64,000 nt of DNA from Azolla caroliniana. Taxonomy: Eukaryota > Plantae > Polypodiophyta. The first letter of the stretch is position 1; the number at the start of each line of letters is the position of its first letter. The stretch is taken from assembly GCA_043228905.1 (NCBI GenBank), contig JBHGNT010000020.1:14880001-14944000 (forward strand). The letters run 5' to 3'. Positions 25,161 through 39,216 of the stretch are shown here, piece after piece. A model generated the notes under the pieces. That model ran no database searches, had not been told where the DNA came from, and saw nothing but the letters and a program-made list of their open reading frames with translations. The translations under genes and the position numbers were made by a program.

Positions 25161-25260
25161 NNNNNNNNNNNNNNNNNNNNNNNNNNNNNNNNNNNNNNNN
25201 NNNNNNNNNNNNNNNNNNNNNNNNNNNNNNNNNNNNNNNNNNNNNNNNNNNNNNNNNNNN
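25161..25260. other. Assembly gap (100 N, size unknown)
   Basis: Run of n. Confidence 1.
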
Positions 25261-25882
25261 AAATCGAAAAAATAAGAATCTGTGACACTCTCATCTGTTG
25301 AAGCTGAATTCGTAGCAGTGGCATTGGCTGCTAAAGAAGGATTATGGTTGCAAACAGTGTTAAAAGAACTCCAACTATGTGAACCACTCCAATTGAAAAT
25401 CTTTTGCGACAATATATCATGCATCTACTTAACGAAGAATCCAAAGCACTCAGAGAAAACAAAACATGTGGATTTAAAATATCACTTTATACGAGAGTTG
25501 GCCGAAGAAAACAAGCTTACATTAGAGTTTACATCGACAATTCCTATGTGGGCTGATTTTCTAACAAAGGCTCTCCCTCCGGACAAATTTGAAGCTTGTT
25601 GTGAAAATTTAGGATTACAACGATTCACAACTAATTAGTTTATGGGGGGCTGTTGTAATAAACTAATTAGTATAAATAAATAAATAGGAAACTAAATGAA
25701 AAACGTAACCTTATGATATGAAAAGGTGCACCCCAAAAATAGGGTGCACCTATAACTACCACATTCTCTCTCTGTGGTCCGTTTGTTGTGTGAGAGAGAC
25801 AAAAGACATTCAATTCAATAATGTTTCTTCTCTTTCTTCCTCTCTCTTTCTCCCTCTCTTTCTACTTCTTGTTTACCATACA
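25261..25882 (+). mobile_element. 3' end of a different, AT-rich copia element E (RNase H, PPT, 3' LTR ~25651-25882)
   Basis: LSSVEAEFVA..KTKHVDLKYHFIRE..ADFLTKAL; TATGGGGGGC followed by TGTTGTAA. The right LTR end is approximate. Confidence 0.82.
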
Positions 25883-27435
25883 ATTGACCAATTATTCTAA
25901 TTGTTAAAGTGAAAAGAAAAATGTTATAAGTCACTTCCAAGCGGTAGTTTATATCACTCTATAGATTATGCTAGTTGTTTGTCATGTACTCTTTGAGTTG
26001 CGTTGTCTCTCCATAGGTTCCTCATTGTGTTGGGACGATTCCTAATCATGAACAGTTGTATTTCCTCTTGCAACACGTGACGATTCCCCTTTTGCACCTC
26101 AACCACGAAATCATTTACTATAGCATTGGACCATTGTATTTTTATTAAAATTATAAGCATTTGGAATGCAACACACACCGGCCGTGAAGACGAGCGTATA
26201 AACAAAGGATCCCGAGCAACTAAGAAGATAAACAAAGGGGGTGTATAAATAGCCAATAGGAAGAAAGTAAAGTCAATGGGCAGCCTAGTGTGAAATAACC
26301 ACACTTATGATGTCAAAGCTATGAAAGCCACCTTGTGGTGACTTTGTAACTTCTTCTACATTCTTAGGAATCTCCTATTCATTAAAACTATAAGCCTCTT
26401 CTCCTATTAACCAAAATCTCAAGAGATATAAGCGATATTGTTTAGTAAATAAACGTTAACCTCTCTTCGTTGTTGGTGCTAGACCTCTTAGCAAGAGGGT
26501 GAAATAAAACACTTTCTTTTTGTTCACTTTGTTTGAGAGAGTAAGCGAGAGTGTGTGAGAGATATTAATACTAATCACATATGATTAAGTGAGGTAGCAG
26601 CTCAGAGATATTTGACAATTACTTGCTTCACCCGGTTCGCCACGAATAGGGTATACATGAGCATGATCCCCAAGCAAACGACATCGATGGGAGACAAAAC
26701 TTCATCGATTAATAGAAGTGCTTCCGTGAGGCGCACGGAATCAACACAAGCACTTCTTTCTCTTTCTCTAGTTAAGGTTTAATGTTACCATAATCATTTT
26801 TCTTAGGTGAAAATATTCTATTGTAAGCATCAAATTACTTCTTTTTGAATGAATTCTAAGAAATTTAATTATGGTATTGCACCCTTCTCAATTTCTTGGT
26901 TAAGTTTTATGCATAGTTTAAGTATTTCTTTAGGAGAGTTTTAGAGTTAGATTATGTCAACTTTATCAATGGTAATTAACACTCTGATAGTGGTCGGGGA
27001 ACAATTGAGACATGTCCCTTCTTGCGTATCTAGCATTGAGATGGATTCCAACCTGAACTCCCCCAATGACGATCTTAGTGTAAGAAGGGTGTTCAATGAC
27101 TTCTACACGTACATGAAACAAAATGTGAAGCTCCTAGTATCCAAATTATTATGATTTGAAGAAAACTATAGGGGCCTAAAAAATATAACACATAAGTGAT
27201 TAATTCACCTAGTAATACATCATGTAGTTTCACTCTCATGAAATTTATAATGCAACTATACATGTATATATAATTACAAATTATTTTGAAGATCAAACTG
27301 ATAAGAAGACATTTTTAATAATTCCGAATAGCTTTAAAACCCTCATAACTGAGGTTACATAAAACTTACCACTTTAAAACAACTATACATGTACTTTTTG
27401 TAACATATACGTATGTTACGTGTGCAAAAGTATCA

Positions 27436-30400
27436 TTACCGAGGTTGCACATTGGATGTTTCTATTTTCTCGACCAAATGTCTAGGACTTGGTTCTTCTT
27501 CTTTGGCATCTATTTTTATGACCTCAGCTATCTCATTACATACATCTTTCATTGTAGGTCTTTTTCTCCCTTCACGTTGGACACATGCCATGGCAATCTC
27601 AACCACTCTCCACATAGATGACATGTTATTCTGTTTGTCGAGTCTTTTATCAATAATGTCTTCCAACATTCCTTGTTCACAAGAGTATCTTGCCTATGAA
27701 ATAACAAATTATTTTATATACCTTTACAAAGAGTTTTCCATTCTCTAAAATTTAAGAAAATGTTATTATATATTTTAGCATCATACCCAATCAACAATGT
27801 GCATGTCTTGGTTTGGTCCATTTCCATCTTTAATAACTGGATGTTGTCCACAAAGCACTTCAAGCATAACTACCCCAAAGCTGAATGTATCAACCTTCTT
27901 TGTCAATACCAATGTTGATGCATACCTATAGGATGAAAACAAATAAAATGAAATGGATTTTTCAATTTCATAGCACTAAGCTAAGTCAATTGATCAAGTT
28001 TTCACTAGAGAAATTGGATAAAGGATGTTTGATCCTCCAAGGCAAATGCACACTAAGTAATACTAATAGTGGTTAAAGTTGTATACTAAGAAACTTTAAA
28101 TGAGGGCCTTTTAAGGAGAAAAAACATAAACACTTACTCTGGGTCTATGTAACCTAAACTACCAACCAACATTGTTGATGGATTTTGTGCATCCTTGGGC
28201 TTGAGTTTGGAAATACCAAAATCAGACATCTTTGCTTCGAGGCTTTCAGATAATAGGATATTACTACTCTTAACATCTCTGTGAATGATCATTGGAGTAC
28301 ATCCATCATGTAGATATGCAAGCCCTACAAAGTAAAGAGCATTTCAAAAGAACATGAAAATATACATATAAATATATAAAACCCTTAGTTGTAAAACAAT
28401 ATATGGAATACCTTCTGCAGCATCGAGCAAAATTTGTAATCTTTGTGCCCATGTTAGAGGCTTAGCTCTTGTTTTGCCTACATTATTGGATAGAAATAAA
28501 ACAACAATAATGTTTTTTTTATTTAGTATTCTTTTGTGTATTTGATTGATATTAATATTCTCTCTACATTTGTATTTTTTTAATATTCTTTATTTATCTA
28601 GACTTATTTACTTTGGTATTAGAATGCTGACATAGAGATAGCAATAGCATTAGAAGTAAAAACAATAATGGTAACAAATAGAAAAAAGTAAACATAACTC
28701 AATAATGGGAGAACGGATAAATAGAACAAAGTTCTGTTTCTTAGTAATTAACGAAATTAACAAATAAGACAATCAATAATGTTAAATAGAATTAAAACAA
28801 TGACACCACCATGCTCATGCAAACTAATACAAGTTGTTGGATCTTGTACACCCGCACATTTGCCTACACCTACAACAACTATAATCATAGAACGTAATAT
28901 TTGTGTTCGTGCACGCATTCAAACGTTTGAAAACGAGACGTTTGAAAAGGGAAAAATACGTGCTCCTTTTTTTCTTTTTTTCTTTCTTTTTTTCATTTGT
29001 TTTCATTACAAATTTAGCTCATAATGTAGATCATAGTCAATCCAATCAAACGTGTCAATCTAATCCAACTTTCAGATGATTTACCATACACATTTGATTG
29101 AATCATTCACGAATGCGAATGCACATATGATACGTATGGTTCATTCTATGACTATAATATTCTCCGATGAAGTTCACAGATTGCACATATGAATGATTGG
29201 AAACTCAAATAAATGTGAATAATCAGTCTCCTACTATATTGTGGTGTGCATATGTTCCTTTGTCCCATCCTTTAAGCGCACCATTTTTAGGATGGATGTA
29301 CCTAAGTCAACCCACACTTTTAGCACACCCTTTTTAGCTAAGACAACCCAAATGGGTACCTTTGTGTCAACTATAAATTGAGTAAGAAGTAAGAAGCTAA
29401 GTAGACTAGTTTTGATCTCTTATGTGCATTTCACATATTGGTGAAGATGCGGGGCACCCGACCCCCCATGTCCAAGCTTCCACCTTTCCCACTTCGTAGG
29501 TGTGCATCACTCTCGCCAGCATCACCCACACAATCTTGTTAGTCTCTTGTAGTAGTATCTCTTCCATTAGCACCGCCTTAGTTCACCAATTAGGCTTCCC
29601 CACATCCACCGGTCCCTCCATCGAAGTCCTTTTTTGCGATCACCATCTATACCACTCTTGCACGCAAGCCCACTATACCTTCACCTTAGACACTCTCATA
29701 TTCTCATACCACTTTTATCTCTTGCCCTGCCAACTCTTCCCCCTCACCTTAGGTTGCCCACAAACTTCTTGTCCCATGAGTTTCTCCGATCCCCCTCCTA
29801 CACGATTGCCCTCCTGTCCCCCACCTTAGCCAAGTCCAGGTGGCCCTCAGTCCAGAAGAGTGATTGATCCCCCTCCTACATAATAGCCGTCTTGTTGCCT
29901 ACGTCAACCAAGTCTAGGTGGCCCTCAGTCCATAGGAGTGATTGAACTTTATCCATCGATTGCTAGATGGTCTCCTTGATCCCCCTCCGACACGATAGCC
30001 CTCCTAGCTCCCACTTTAGCAAAGTCTAGGTGACCCTCAATCCACAAGAGCGATTGATCTTTATTAGCCGATTGTTAGCTCGTTTTCCATCACTAGCCCC
30101 ATCCAACTATCAAGGCCAGAAGTTCCATGAGGATGTCCTCGATGTTGCAGCTCAACTAGGTGTCTGGCAGATGTTTACGTCCCCATATTATGCTCACCGA
30201 ATGCCTCAACAAGACCCTCAAACAAGAGATAGCAACATGAATCAGCCCTTTTCAAGCGCTTTATGGGAGTGACCCTTACCTCCCTCAAGAATCTATCATT
30301 GATGTCCATTCCAGCCTTACCAACATGGATAGTGCCACTTGGGGGCTCTATCTCCGACAAATTCTCCCATTCCTTTGATGAGCCAATATTCTTCTTCCTG

Positions 30401-33400
30401 TTCTTGTTCATGTTCCTACCCATGCTCCTCAATCTCTTGTTTCTCTTATTAAGGGGGAAATGTGGTGAGCATGTGTTCCTTTCTAGCACACCCTTTTTAG
30501 GATGTGTGTGTCTAAACCGACTCACCCTTTTAGTACACCCTTTTTAGGATGTGTGTGTCTAAACCGACTCACCCTTTTAGCACACCCTTTTTAGGATGCA
30601 CGTCCCTATGGCAACCCACCCTTTTAGCACACTCTTTTTAGCCAAGCCAACCCAAATGGGTACCTTTGTATCAACTATAAATTGAGTAAGAAGTAAGAAG
30701 CTAAGATATTGGTTTTGATCTCTTATATGCATTTCACATTATTAATCAAACTTTTTCTTTTCAACAAATGATTTGCAATTTAAGCATAAAATTTTTTATA
30801 GTCTTACCAAAAAGGGCATCATACAATGATCCATTTGACATGAATTCATAAACCAGCACTAGTCTTTCGTCAATAGAATAGCCCACGAACCCTACAAGAT
30901 TCTTGTGACGAACAAGTGAGAGGAGAGTGACCTATATGTGGAGAAATAAACTTATTAAATTACAAAAGTTTTCATTGACATCACCACCTACATGGAATCA
31001 ATATTAGAAATATATCATTTTTATTCCACTTACTAAATGGTGACCATTTTTTACATTGAATGAAGAAAGCAATCATAGATAACAAGAATGGACTAATGAT
31101 CTAGGTATTATAACATAACATGACATTCTCCCATAAAATGTAAGAATAATCTTTATTAGTAAGATCAAAATGTGGTATAATCAAGGATGATCTCTTCATT
31201 TTGTCACTAATTCGTTCCCAATTATCAATGTTGGTTGTTTATGCATCAGTAAAACATTTGTCCTAATTTCGAAAACATCTTTGATAAAAGAGGCTGAAAA
31301 ACTAGATGTTGGATATAGAGAAGACCCCAAGCATGATAATAACCTAGACATTGGTGGTATATATATATATATAAGAAAATTACAATAACACTTAAACTTG
31401 ACATTCTTACGTGTTTATTACATATGATATTATATTTAAACCCATGGATTTTCGTACAAGGTCTCAAAAGATTCCAAATGTTGCCTAATGGTGCATGTGT
31501 GATAAAGTGAGATGAGGTTTGGGGTCATTGTTAGACACAACGTGTACTTGTTGCCTCCTTGTAGCCCAAGAATAATGGATTTATAACTTCCTCATTACTG
31601 TTTAGTGCAAGGAAATTGTTGCGAAAATCCAAGGAGTTGTATTTGTTATAAAAGTAACTAAAATATGGATAGTAAGAATCAAACTCATGGAGTGCACATT
31701 AATCAAGTCCAATTAATATTTTTCCTTTCATTCTTGTGTAGATAGGAAGAGGGATCTAGACGTATCAAATACCTCGTTGAGAAATTCTCGTGTTCCTTGA
31801 TCAGAGGACTTCGACAACAATTTAATCGCTACATGTAGACCATTTTGAAGGATGCCCTTATACACAGGACCAAAACCACCTTGACCAATTAGTTCAGAGA
31901 AATTATTTGTGGCGTTGATAATTTCTTCAAAACCAAATTCTTTGGCAACATTGGCAGCTACAGTGACATTCCTTTTTAAAACATCTAGAAAAGAAAAATG
32001 AAAACATGTAAGCTTTCCAATTTATGCAATGCTTTTTTAGAAAAAATTAACTCTCTGGAGAGATAGTACGTTAAATGAAGGTCATTAAGTAGTTGAGAAT
32101 AGACTCTACTATCAAACAAATATGCTTATTTTTATGATGAACCAGTTGCTTCGCAAATCATTATCTTGGGGTTTTAGATGAAGTTTTACCATCAGTTCCT
32201 CGTCTTGTTTGATCACTTGTTCGCCTTAATCGATATCGTATCGCTAGTATGGTCACAAGAACTAGAAATGTTGCCCCAACAGCTATTCCAATGATCATTC
32301 CAATATGTAATTTCTTCTTTGGGGAACTTTGACAGCTTCCTTGTTTTTCACATAAAAATACGTTTCCATCATATCTGTGAGCCGACCATTACAAAGAAGA
32401 TGTTATCTCAATTATACTTCGTTATAATTATAAAATTAAGCTAAGATATATTTAATACATCTCTCATTGTACTCTTATTGTTGACATATAGACTATGATT
32501 TTCTCATGAAACTTGGCTATTCAAAGTTATTAATTATCCTTTAAAGTTTAGCACCTAATCACCAGTCTTGATTGAAATAATAAACCGTTATTTGTAGTGA
32601 ATAAACAACATGATTGTAACTCGAACATAAACCATGACAGGATGAGGGTGATTGATCAACACTTTACAAAACGGGTTTACCACGTCATTTTGGTTTTATA
32701 TGTATAAAAACATTTATAGTTTATAACTTTATGCTTCATGGATTGATTGTAAAGTTACTTGATTATGTGAGTTTGAAATAAATATGTCTGGATAGATAGA
32801 ATTAATTTGATCGGGAATTATTTTCCGTAAACCTTTTAAGTTGTCTTACAATGACGTTATCTTTCTCTACTCACCATACATGGTCACAATGCACGTGAAA
32901 AACATCCTAAATCATACAACTTATCTCACTTATGGTATATACTAGAAATGCAAGCCTTCAGAAATATGTTTTGAGATAACCGTATGGAAACCTAGAAGAA
33001 ATAATGTTTAACATACATGAAAGTAAGGCCTTCTTTTTGTTGTAGTTTTGTTGGTATTGTCCCACTAAAGTTGTTGTTTGCCAAATTACTAGAAAATGTC
33101 ACGATATTCACAAAATTTATCATCAGAAAAATTATACTTCACGGAATATAATGATGTACTTAGCTAAAAAGATAGAATTATTTATAGGGAAAAGTACTAG
33201 GATACCCCTGGAATTTGGTCGATTTACCAGAATGCCCTTGAAAGTTCCAAATTTACCAAACTACCCCTATGTCCAAAAAAATACACTTTATAAAGTAATT
33301 ATACACTCAAATATACAAGCCTTATTTACCAGAATGCCCTTAAACCTAAACTTATTTATCATAATGCCACTATATATCTATTTTGACCAATTTATACCAC

Positions 33401-36400
33401 TTTTACTTTTCAAAATACATCATAAATCAAACTAAATTATCAAAATTAAATTATATATAAAAAATTTCAATCAAAAGGTCACCTTAAAATCCAATTCTAT
33501 GAATTTACACCAAGTTATACTAGCTTAATCCCATAAAACCAAAATTTGTGATTGAAGTGACCAAAATTTAATCTTAAAACCAAAACATTTGATTGCACAC
33601 CAAATTTTACCATTGGGATGTCATTTTGAAGCCAAAATCCATGAATTTGCAAATTCACAAACAATTTTGATAACATGTAATTATTACATTTCAATAATTA
33701 ATTTAGGTTTGCGAGTGTAAAATAATGAATTTTGGTTTAAGATGGTATTTTAATAGCGAAGTGTCATGTGAGATTTGGTTTAAAATGGCATTTTGGTAGC
33801 ACTGTTTTTCGTGAGATTTGGTTTAACATTTTGGCCGCAAATTGTTTGTGAATTCGCAAATTTATGGAATTTGGCTTCAAAATAGCATCCCAATGGTAAA
33901 ATTTGGTGTGCGATTAGATGTTTTGGTTTTAAGATTAAACTTTGGTCACTTCAATCACAAATTTTGGTTTGATGGGATTAAGCCATATCACTCGGTGTAA
34001 ATTCATAGAATTGGATTTTAAGGTGACCTTTCAATTGAAATTTTTGATATATAATTAAATTTTGATAATGTAGTTTGATATGATGTATTTTGAAAAATAA
34101 AAGTGGTATAAATTGGTCAAAATAGATATATAGTGGCATTATACTAAATAAATTTAGGTTTAAAGGTATTCTGATAAATAGGGCTTGTATACTTGAGTGT
34201 AGTGTATTTTTTTGGACATAGGGGTAGTTTGGTAAATTTGAAACTTTGAAGGGCATTCTGGTAAATAGACAAACTTCCAGGGGTATCCTGGTACTTTTGC
34301 CTTATTTATATAAGAAATATACATTTACTTACAGGTATGTTAATTTTGGCAAATTTGCGAGCGAAGAAGGGATCACACCACTCAATTTGTTATTGCTTAA
34401 ATTCCTATGAGGTTGTCAATATGTCATATGCAAGATTAGGAGTTCAATTTGTTTTAAGTATTTTCAATTATAGAAATATTATATTATCATATATGATAAG
34501 TATGCATGTTCTAGATAAATTATACAAAATGTAAGCTTCATGTAGTGATTCTACACATGTGCTATTTACTAAGCATTCATTCTTCTAGACTCATGGTTTA
34601 CTATGATTTTGTAGGGGTGATAAAGTTTGTTAAATATTAAACTAGGAGGATATAAGGATATCTTTACATATGCTACAATGAAGACAATATACAAACGCAC
34701 AATTTAGGTGACTGAAGCTTTGGATTACTAGTCCTCTACATACGAAAGACAACAATATGATGGCCAATTAATTACCAACACAACAATTTCAATATTCTCA
34801 ACCCTAAGAAGGAATTGAAAATGTTTATGTTGAGATTCATTGCAACTAATGCTTAAGGGTCAATGGTTATAATATGAAAGTTGAAAAATGAGAATTAATA
34901 TCTGATGAAATATCTCCTTGTCATCATAAAAATATGGGAAGAGCCAACTTGAAGACACTCGAAAAGGAGGTGCAAGTGAGATATACGTCTAGGAGATAGA
35001 CGAGAAATGCTAAAGTCAAAGTTAGACCAATTTACATCATGACCTTTTTAGATATGGTTTGAAAGAGCTTATATTGTATATAAAAGAAGCATTAATCGAT
35101 TGACTTCATGTTGGTGTGCAAATTGTAGGCCACTTTACATCATGACCTTTTTATATAGTGTTTGAAAGAGTTTATATTGTATATAAAAAAAAGCATCGAT
35201 CGGTTGACTTTATACTTGTGTGCGAATTATTCAAAAGGAGATATATATATATCGATAGAATATATTATCCTTGGATGTAATTTGAGGCAAAGATGAAATA
35301 TTCGTATGCATGGAGTTAATTAGTGATTTTTAAATCAATTTTGGGATCAGGAATGCACATTGTCAGCTTGAGAGAAATGTGTGTAGGGATTATTAAACAA
35401 CATGCACAAAGCAAACTTGATTATGGCATAGCATTATATCAAAGAGTGAAAGTTTACTCATGGACAAGTGCAAAGAAAAATATGCATTATCTATGACTCT
35501 CATCCTTTATACTTTATTTTTTGTTCATGCATCAAAGAAAATGTGATCGGGAAGCAATGTCATGTAAATCCAAGTCTTTGGCCTGAAGTTGTGATATATT
35601 AGGGCCACAAAAAGGAATAATTAATGTAGAAACCTTAAGACAAATTATAAAGTAGTTGTAATGCATTCCATTTTTCAAAGTGATTCTTGAGATATTGCAT
35701 CCATCTAGATCTCAACAAATATAAATGATCTTGGTGTTGTAGCATTAATTACTTCGTTTACAAATCTATGAGGTTGATGGGATAGGTGATCTCGAACCTA
35801 AAGATTGTATTCAACAACCCTTTCTATGTTTGCGATGATATATAACAAACTATGAAGCATAGTCATCCCTTGTACAATGATATGGTCCATATTAGCATTA
35901 ATCTTGGGAACTATATAAAAGGTTACAAAATCCTAGAAACTATATAAGAGATAGGTTATTGGAGCTCATAGTAAGATGATGCAATGGTCTAAATCATGTA
36001 CTCAAATGATGTGGTGTATAAAAGATGAGGTAGAATTAGAATCCAATAGTGTGTTATGCCCCTAGATTATGGAGGTCTCGAAACACAATTGGGATAAAAA
36101 ATTTATTTATATTATTAGAAGAGATGAGAGATTACAACAGTCCCAATGTTGGGACAAACCAAAAGATATGAGGGGCTAGAGAATATTCAAGATTACAATG
36201 AGAGAGAGAGACAGACAGATTAGAACTTTAGCAATAAAAATAATCCACCAAACTGAGGAGAGGTTCCTCCTTACTTGTATGGCCATTGGAATACCCGCTG
36301 GGACTGGCTTTTGGGACAGGAACTGGAACTGGGTTTAGTTCCTTTCTTGAGTCCCAACTCAGTTTGGGACTATGCTTGTCCCGACTTTGCTTATATTGTC

Positions 36401-36815
36401 CCAACTTTTATTGGGGTTGTTTTGGGCTGTCCTAACTCCGCTTGGGGCTTCTCGGGTTTGTCCCCAGTCAGTTTGTGACAACTTGTCAGTTGGGACTATT
36501 TAGGTGCACCAAACGTGCATGTGGTTTGTAAAGGTAGGTATGGTATAGAAACAAACCTTAGAATGTATTCTAGAGTTTGGGAGTGGCTTCTGGGACAGGA
36601 ACTGGAACTGGGTTTAGTTCCTTTCTTGAGTCCCAACTCAGTTTGGGACTGTGCTTGTTCCACCTTTGCTTAATATATTGTCCCAACTTTGATTGGGGTT
36701 GTTTGGGACTGTCCTAACTCCACTTGGGGCTTCTCAGGTCTGTCCCCACTCACTTTGGGACAACTTGTCAGTTGGGACTATTTAGGTGCACCAAACGTGC
36801 ATTCAATTCTACCTT

Positions 36816-36864
<49 letters not shown>

Positions 36865-39216
36865 GGTTAGTGTCATCAATGGGTAAAAGATCAAATGTGT
36901 TTACCTATGTGTAGACGATCGAACATGTTTTGAGTGATCTAATGCAAATTTAATGTTTAGCGAAAAGCAAGTGTAGTCCAATATTATGCATCAGAAAAGC
37001 AATGGAGATCTTATTTAGTATGTATGATGAGGAGGTTGTGATGGGCAACAGGACGCCATCGTGCTTCCAAACATTCATACGAGACATAATAATTTCTTAG
37101 ACAAAATTATACGATTACATAGCAATTAGTTAGACAACTTACAATGTCTGGAGATTAACCAAGTTCCTAAAATCTGGCAATGCTCCTGCAAGGGCATTTT
37201 GATCCAGGTAGCTGCATTGCGTGCAATAATACCATTTCATATATCCAGAGCATATGGCAAAACATTAATAATTTGATAATCTAAAATTTCTTACATTGCC
37301 GAAATTCGGTCGAGGTTGTTAATGCTACTGGGAATGGCACCAGTGAGGCCATAGTTGGATAAGAATCTTCATTTTCCATATGGAAAGTAAGCTTGCATTT
37401 ATTCATGAAGAGAAGAGGGTGAATCATAAAAACTTGACAGTTACCACTTACAGAGATGCGACTCTAGGGGGTTGTTCGTTGGAAGTGCAATTGAGCCATG
37501 GATATTTATAAGCCAATGGCAGGCATGGGTCCCCAATAAGGCTGCTGAAGTTGTGTAAGGCACTAATATCTCGTATGGCCACAACTATGATTCAAATTCA
37601 ACACCAAGGTAAGGTGAGCCATTAATATTCACTGCCCTGTCATGCTGTGTGCACCACTTCCACAGATCTATACATAAATACAAAACAAAAATTAAATGCA
37701 TACCATCGGAGGAGGCAGTAGGGATTAGCATGGAATTAGAGAGGAGCTGCAACACTTCTGCCCCTGCAATGGAGGCACTCAAGTTTTTGAGGCTTGGAAG
37801 CGTTACAATCTGGATGTTGATGTCGCCGGCATAAGGCCCCACCAGGACATCATCTGTGCTGACCTCCAATAAATATTGTGCCCCAACCCGGGCAAAGATG
37901 TCAAGGGTTCGGTTGATCAAAACTGAATTGCCGATGTTTACTGTGAGATTGAAGACTCTTTCACCCGGTTGATTGACGACTTCTTTGTTGATCTCGCAGA
38001 AATAAAACATGACAGAGTAGTTATGTTGGCCTGTTGTCGTTGTCCTCGTAAGTGGCGATGTGGTGGAGCTTGGTGAGATGGTGTAGTTGATATTCCTCGC
38101 CGTCACGATCGATTGCACCACACTCTGTGGTGGGAGGCCACTAGAATTCTTAATCTCTATCGATTTAACTATTGATTGAGAGAGACCGTCAGGTATTGAA
38201 GCTGTTGTATACCACATCCTATCATATATGTCATCCGGATACCTGCATTTATTAAAGACCCAATTTTGCGTTGAATCTGTTCAATCTACTGTATAATCAC
38301 TATGATCAACATCTTTATGATTACTAAAATCATGAATGAGAAGTTAAAGATTTGGGTTGTGACCTTAGGACATTGGTGCATGTTCGCCCAAAGTTTTGTC
38401 GATCCACTAACCGAAGGGCAGTGCTGGTATTCTTGACAATGGACACTATTCTCAAAGTTTCGTTGGGGAGAGGACGGAGCTCCAGCGAGTTGATGAAGGG
38501 TGCATCACTCGTCTCGGAAGCGGCCGATAGACAAACCATGACACTCGAACTCTGCGCATGAACGTACATCTCCTCGATCCACACATCACTCTGTGGCAGG
38601 CTGATGTTTATCTCCTGCCCTTCGTATGTGTCGACGATCACTTTGAAGACCACGGTATCATTCTTCCGCGTATCGTATGGCAATTGAGTGCCGCCAGACC
38701 AGAATGTGGCGCGGATCAAGTAGTAGCTGCCTCCGGCGGCCTGTAAGGAGTAGCAGAACTTGCTCACATTCATGGTCTTGCCCTTCTGGAAATAGCGCAT
38801 ACTTCCGTACGGAATCTGACCCTTCGATAATGACGTCGTTAACGGAATCTCTTGACTTGTCTTCGAGAACCCATCGATCTCCGGCCAAAGAATGACGTCC
38901 GGCGTCCACGTGATTCCTAATGCATCAGTATAGCTCTTTGCCTGGGATGACCCGCAATCAATGCTCACAAACCCTACATCACCACACAATTATAAACATA
39001 CTCATTCTGATGACAATAACAATTTAATCTCTGCTAGAGACCCAATATTCATGGCATTATGATAAACAAAACATGGAATAGCAGAAGAATCTGACCATCT
39101 GTGGATTGAGCGGACACGTGAGAATTAAGTACCGACGACAATACAGAAGCATGGACGACCAAGAATAGTACAGTGAGATGGGGAATGGACATAATGTGCA
39201 GGAAGGTACGCATCAT
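27436..39216 (-). CDS. Malectin-like domain LRR receptor-like Ser/Thr kinase (LRR-I type), gene A, apparently intact, 15 exons
   Basis: GT-AG exons read by eye: 39096-39216, 38364-38973, 37704-38242, 37452-37584 (GDPC), 37295-37366, 37143-37211, 34333-34404, 33017-33088, 32190-32374 (TM), 31773-31984, 30808-30931, 28412-28477, 28138-28324, 27787-27925, 27436-27693. Motifs [55 protein letters not shown]; ends VQPR. Confidence 0.9.
29240..30738 (+). mobile_element. Small internally deleted gypsy-derived LTR element in a gene A intron; tRNA-Ala-like PBS
   Basis: LTRs 29240-29435 and 30461-30738 (TGTGGTG..TTTCACA). PBS TGGTGAAGATGCGGGG at 29439-29454. PPT AAGGGGGAAA. Protease and integrase relics are separated by short tandem repeats. 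Confidence 0.88.
33187..34301. mobile_element. Mutator-like (MULE) foldback/MITE with ~480-bp TIRs and a 9-bp TSD, in a gene A intron
   Basis: GGGAAAAGTAC...GTACTTTTGCC ends; TTATTTATA at 33178-33186 and 34302-34310; the arms give mirror-image ORFs (33151+ and 33978-). Confidence 0.93.
36060..36801. repeat. Dispersed repeat, probably a solo-LTR relic, with an internal ~280-bp duplication
   Basis: Homologous to ~49350-49972 (TCCCAATGTTGGGACAAACCAAAAG; GTATTCTAGAGT). 36300-36520 is repeated at 36579-36801. Confidence 0.65.

Noticed and set aside
33151-34256. Two mirror-image ORFs
   Set aside because: Artefact of the foldback arms; no transposase motifs.
27436-39216. Calling gene A SYMRK or IOS1
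   Set aside because: Architecture is shared by the whole LRR-I group; orthology needs a phylogeny.
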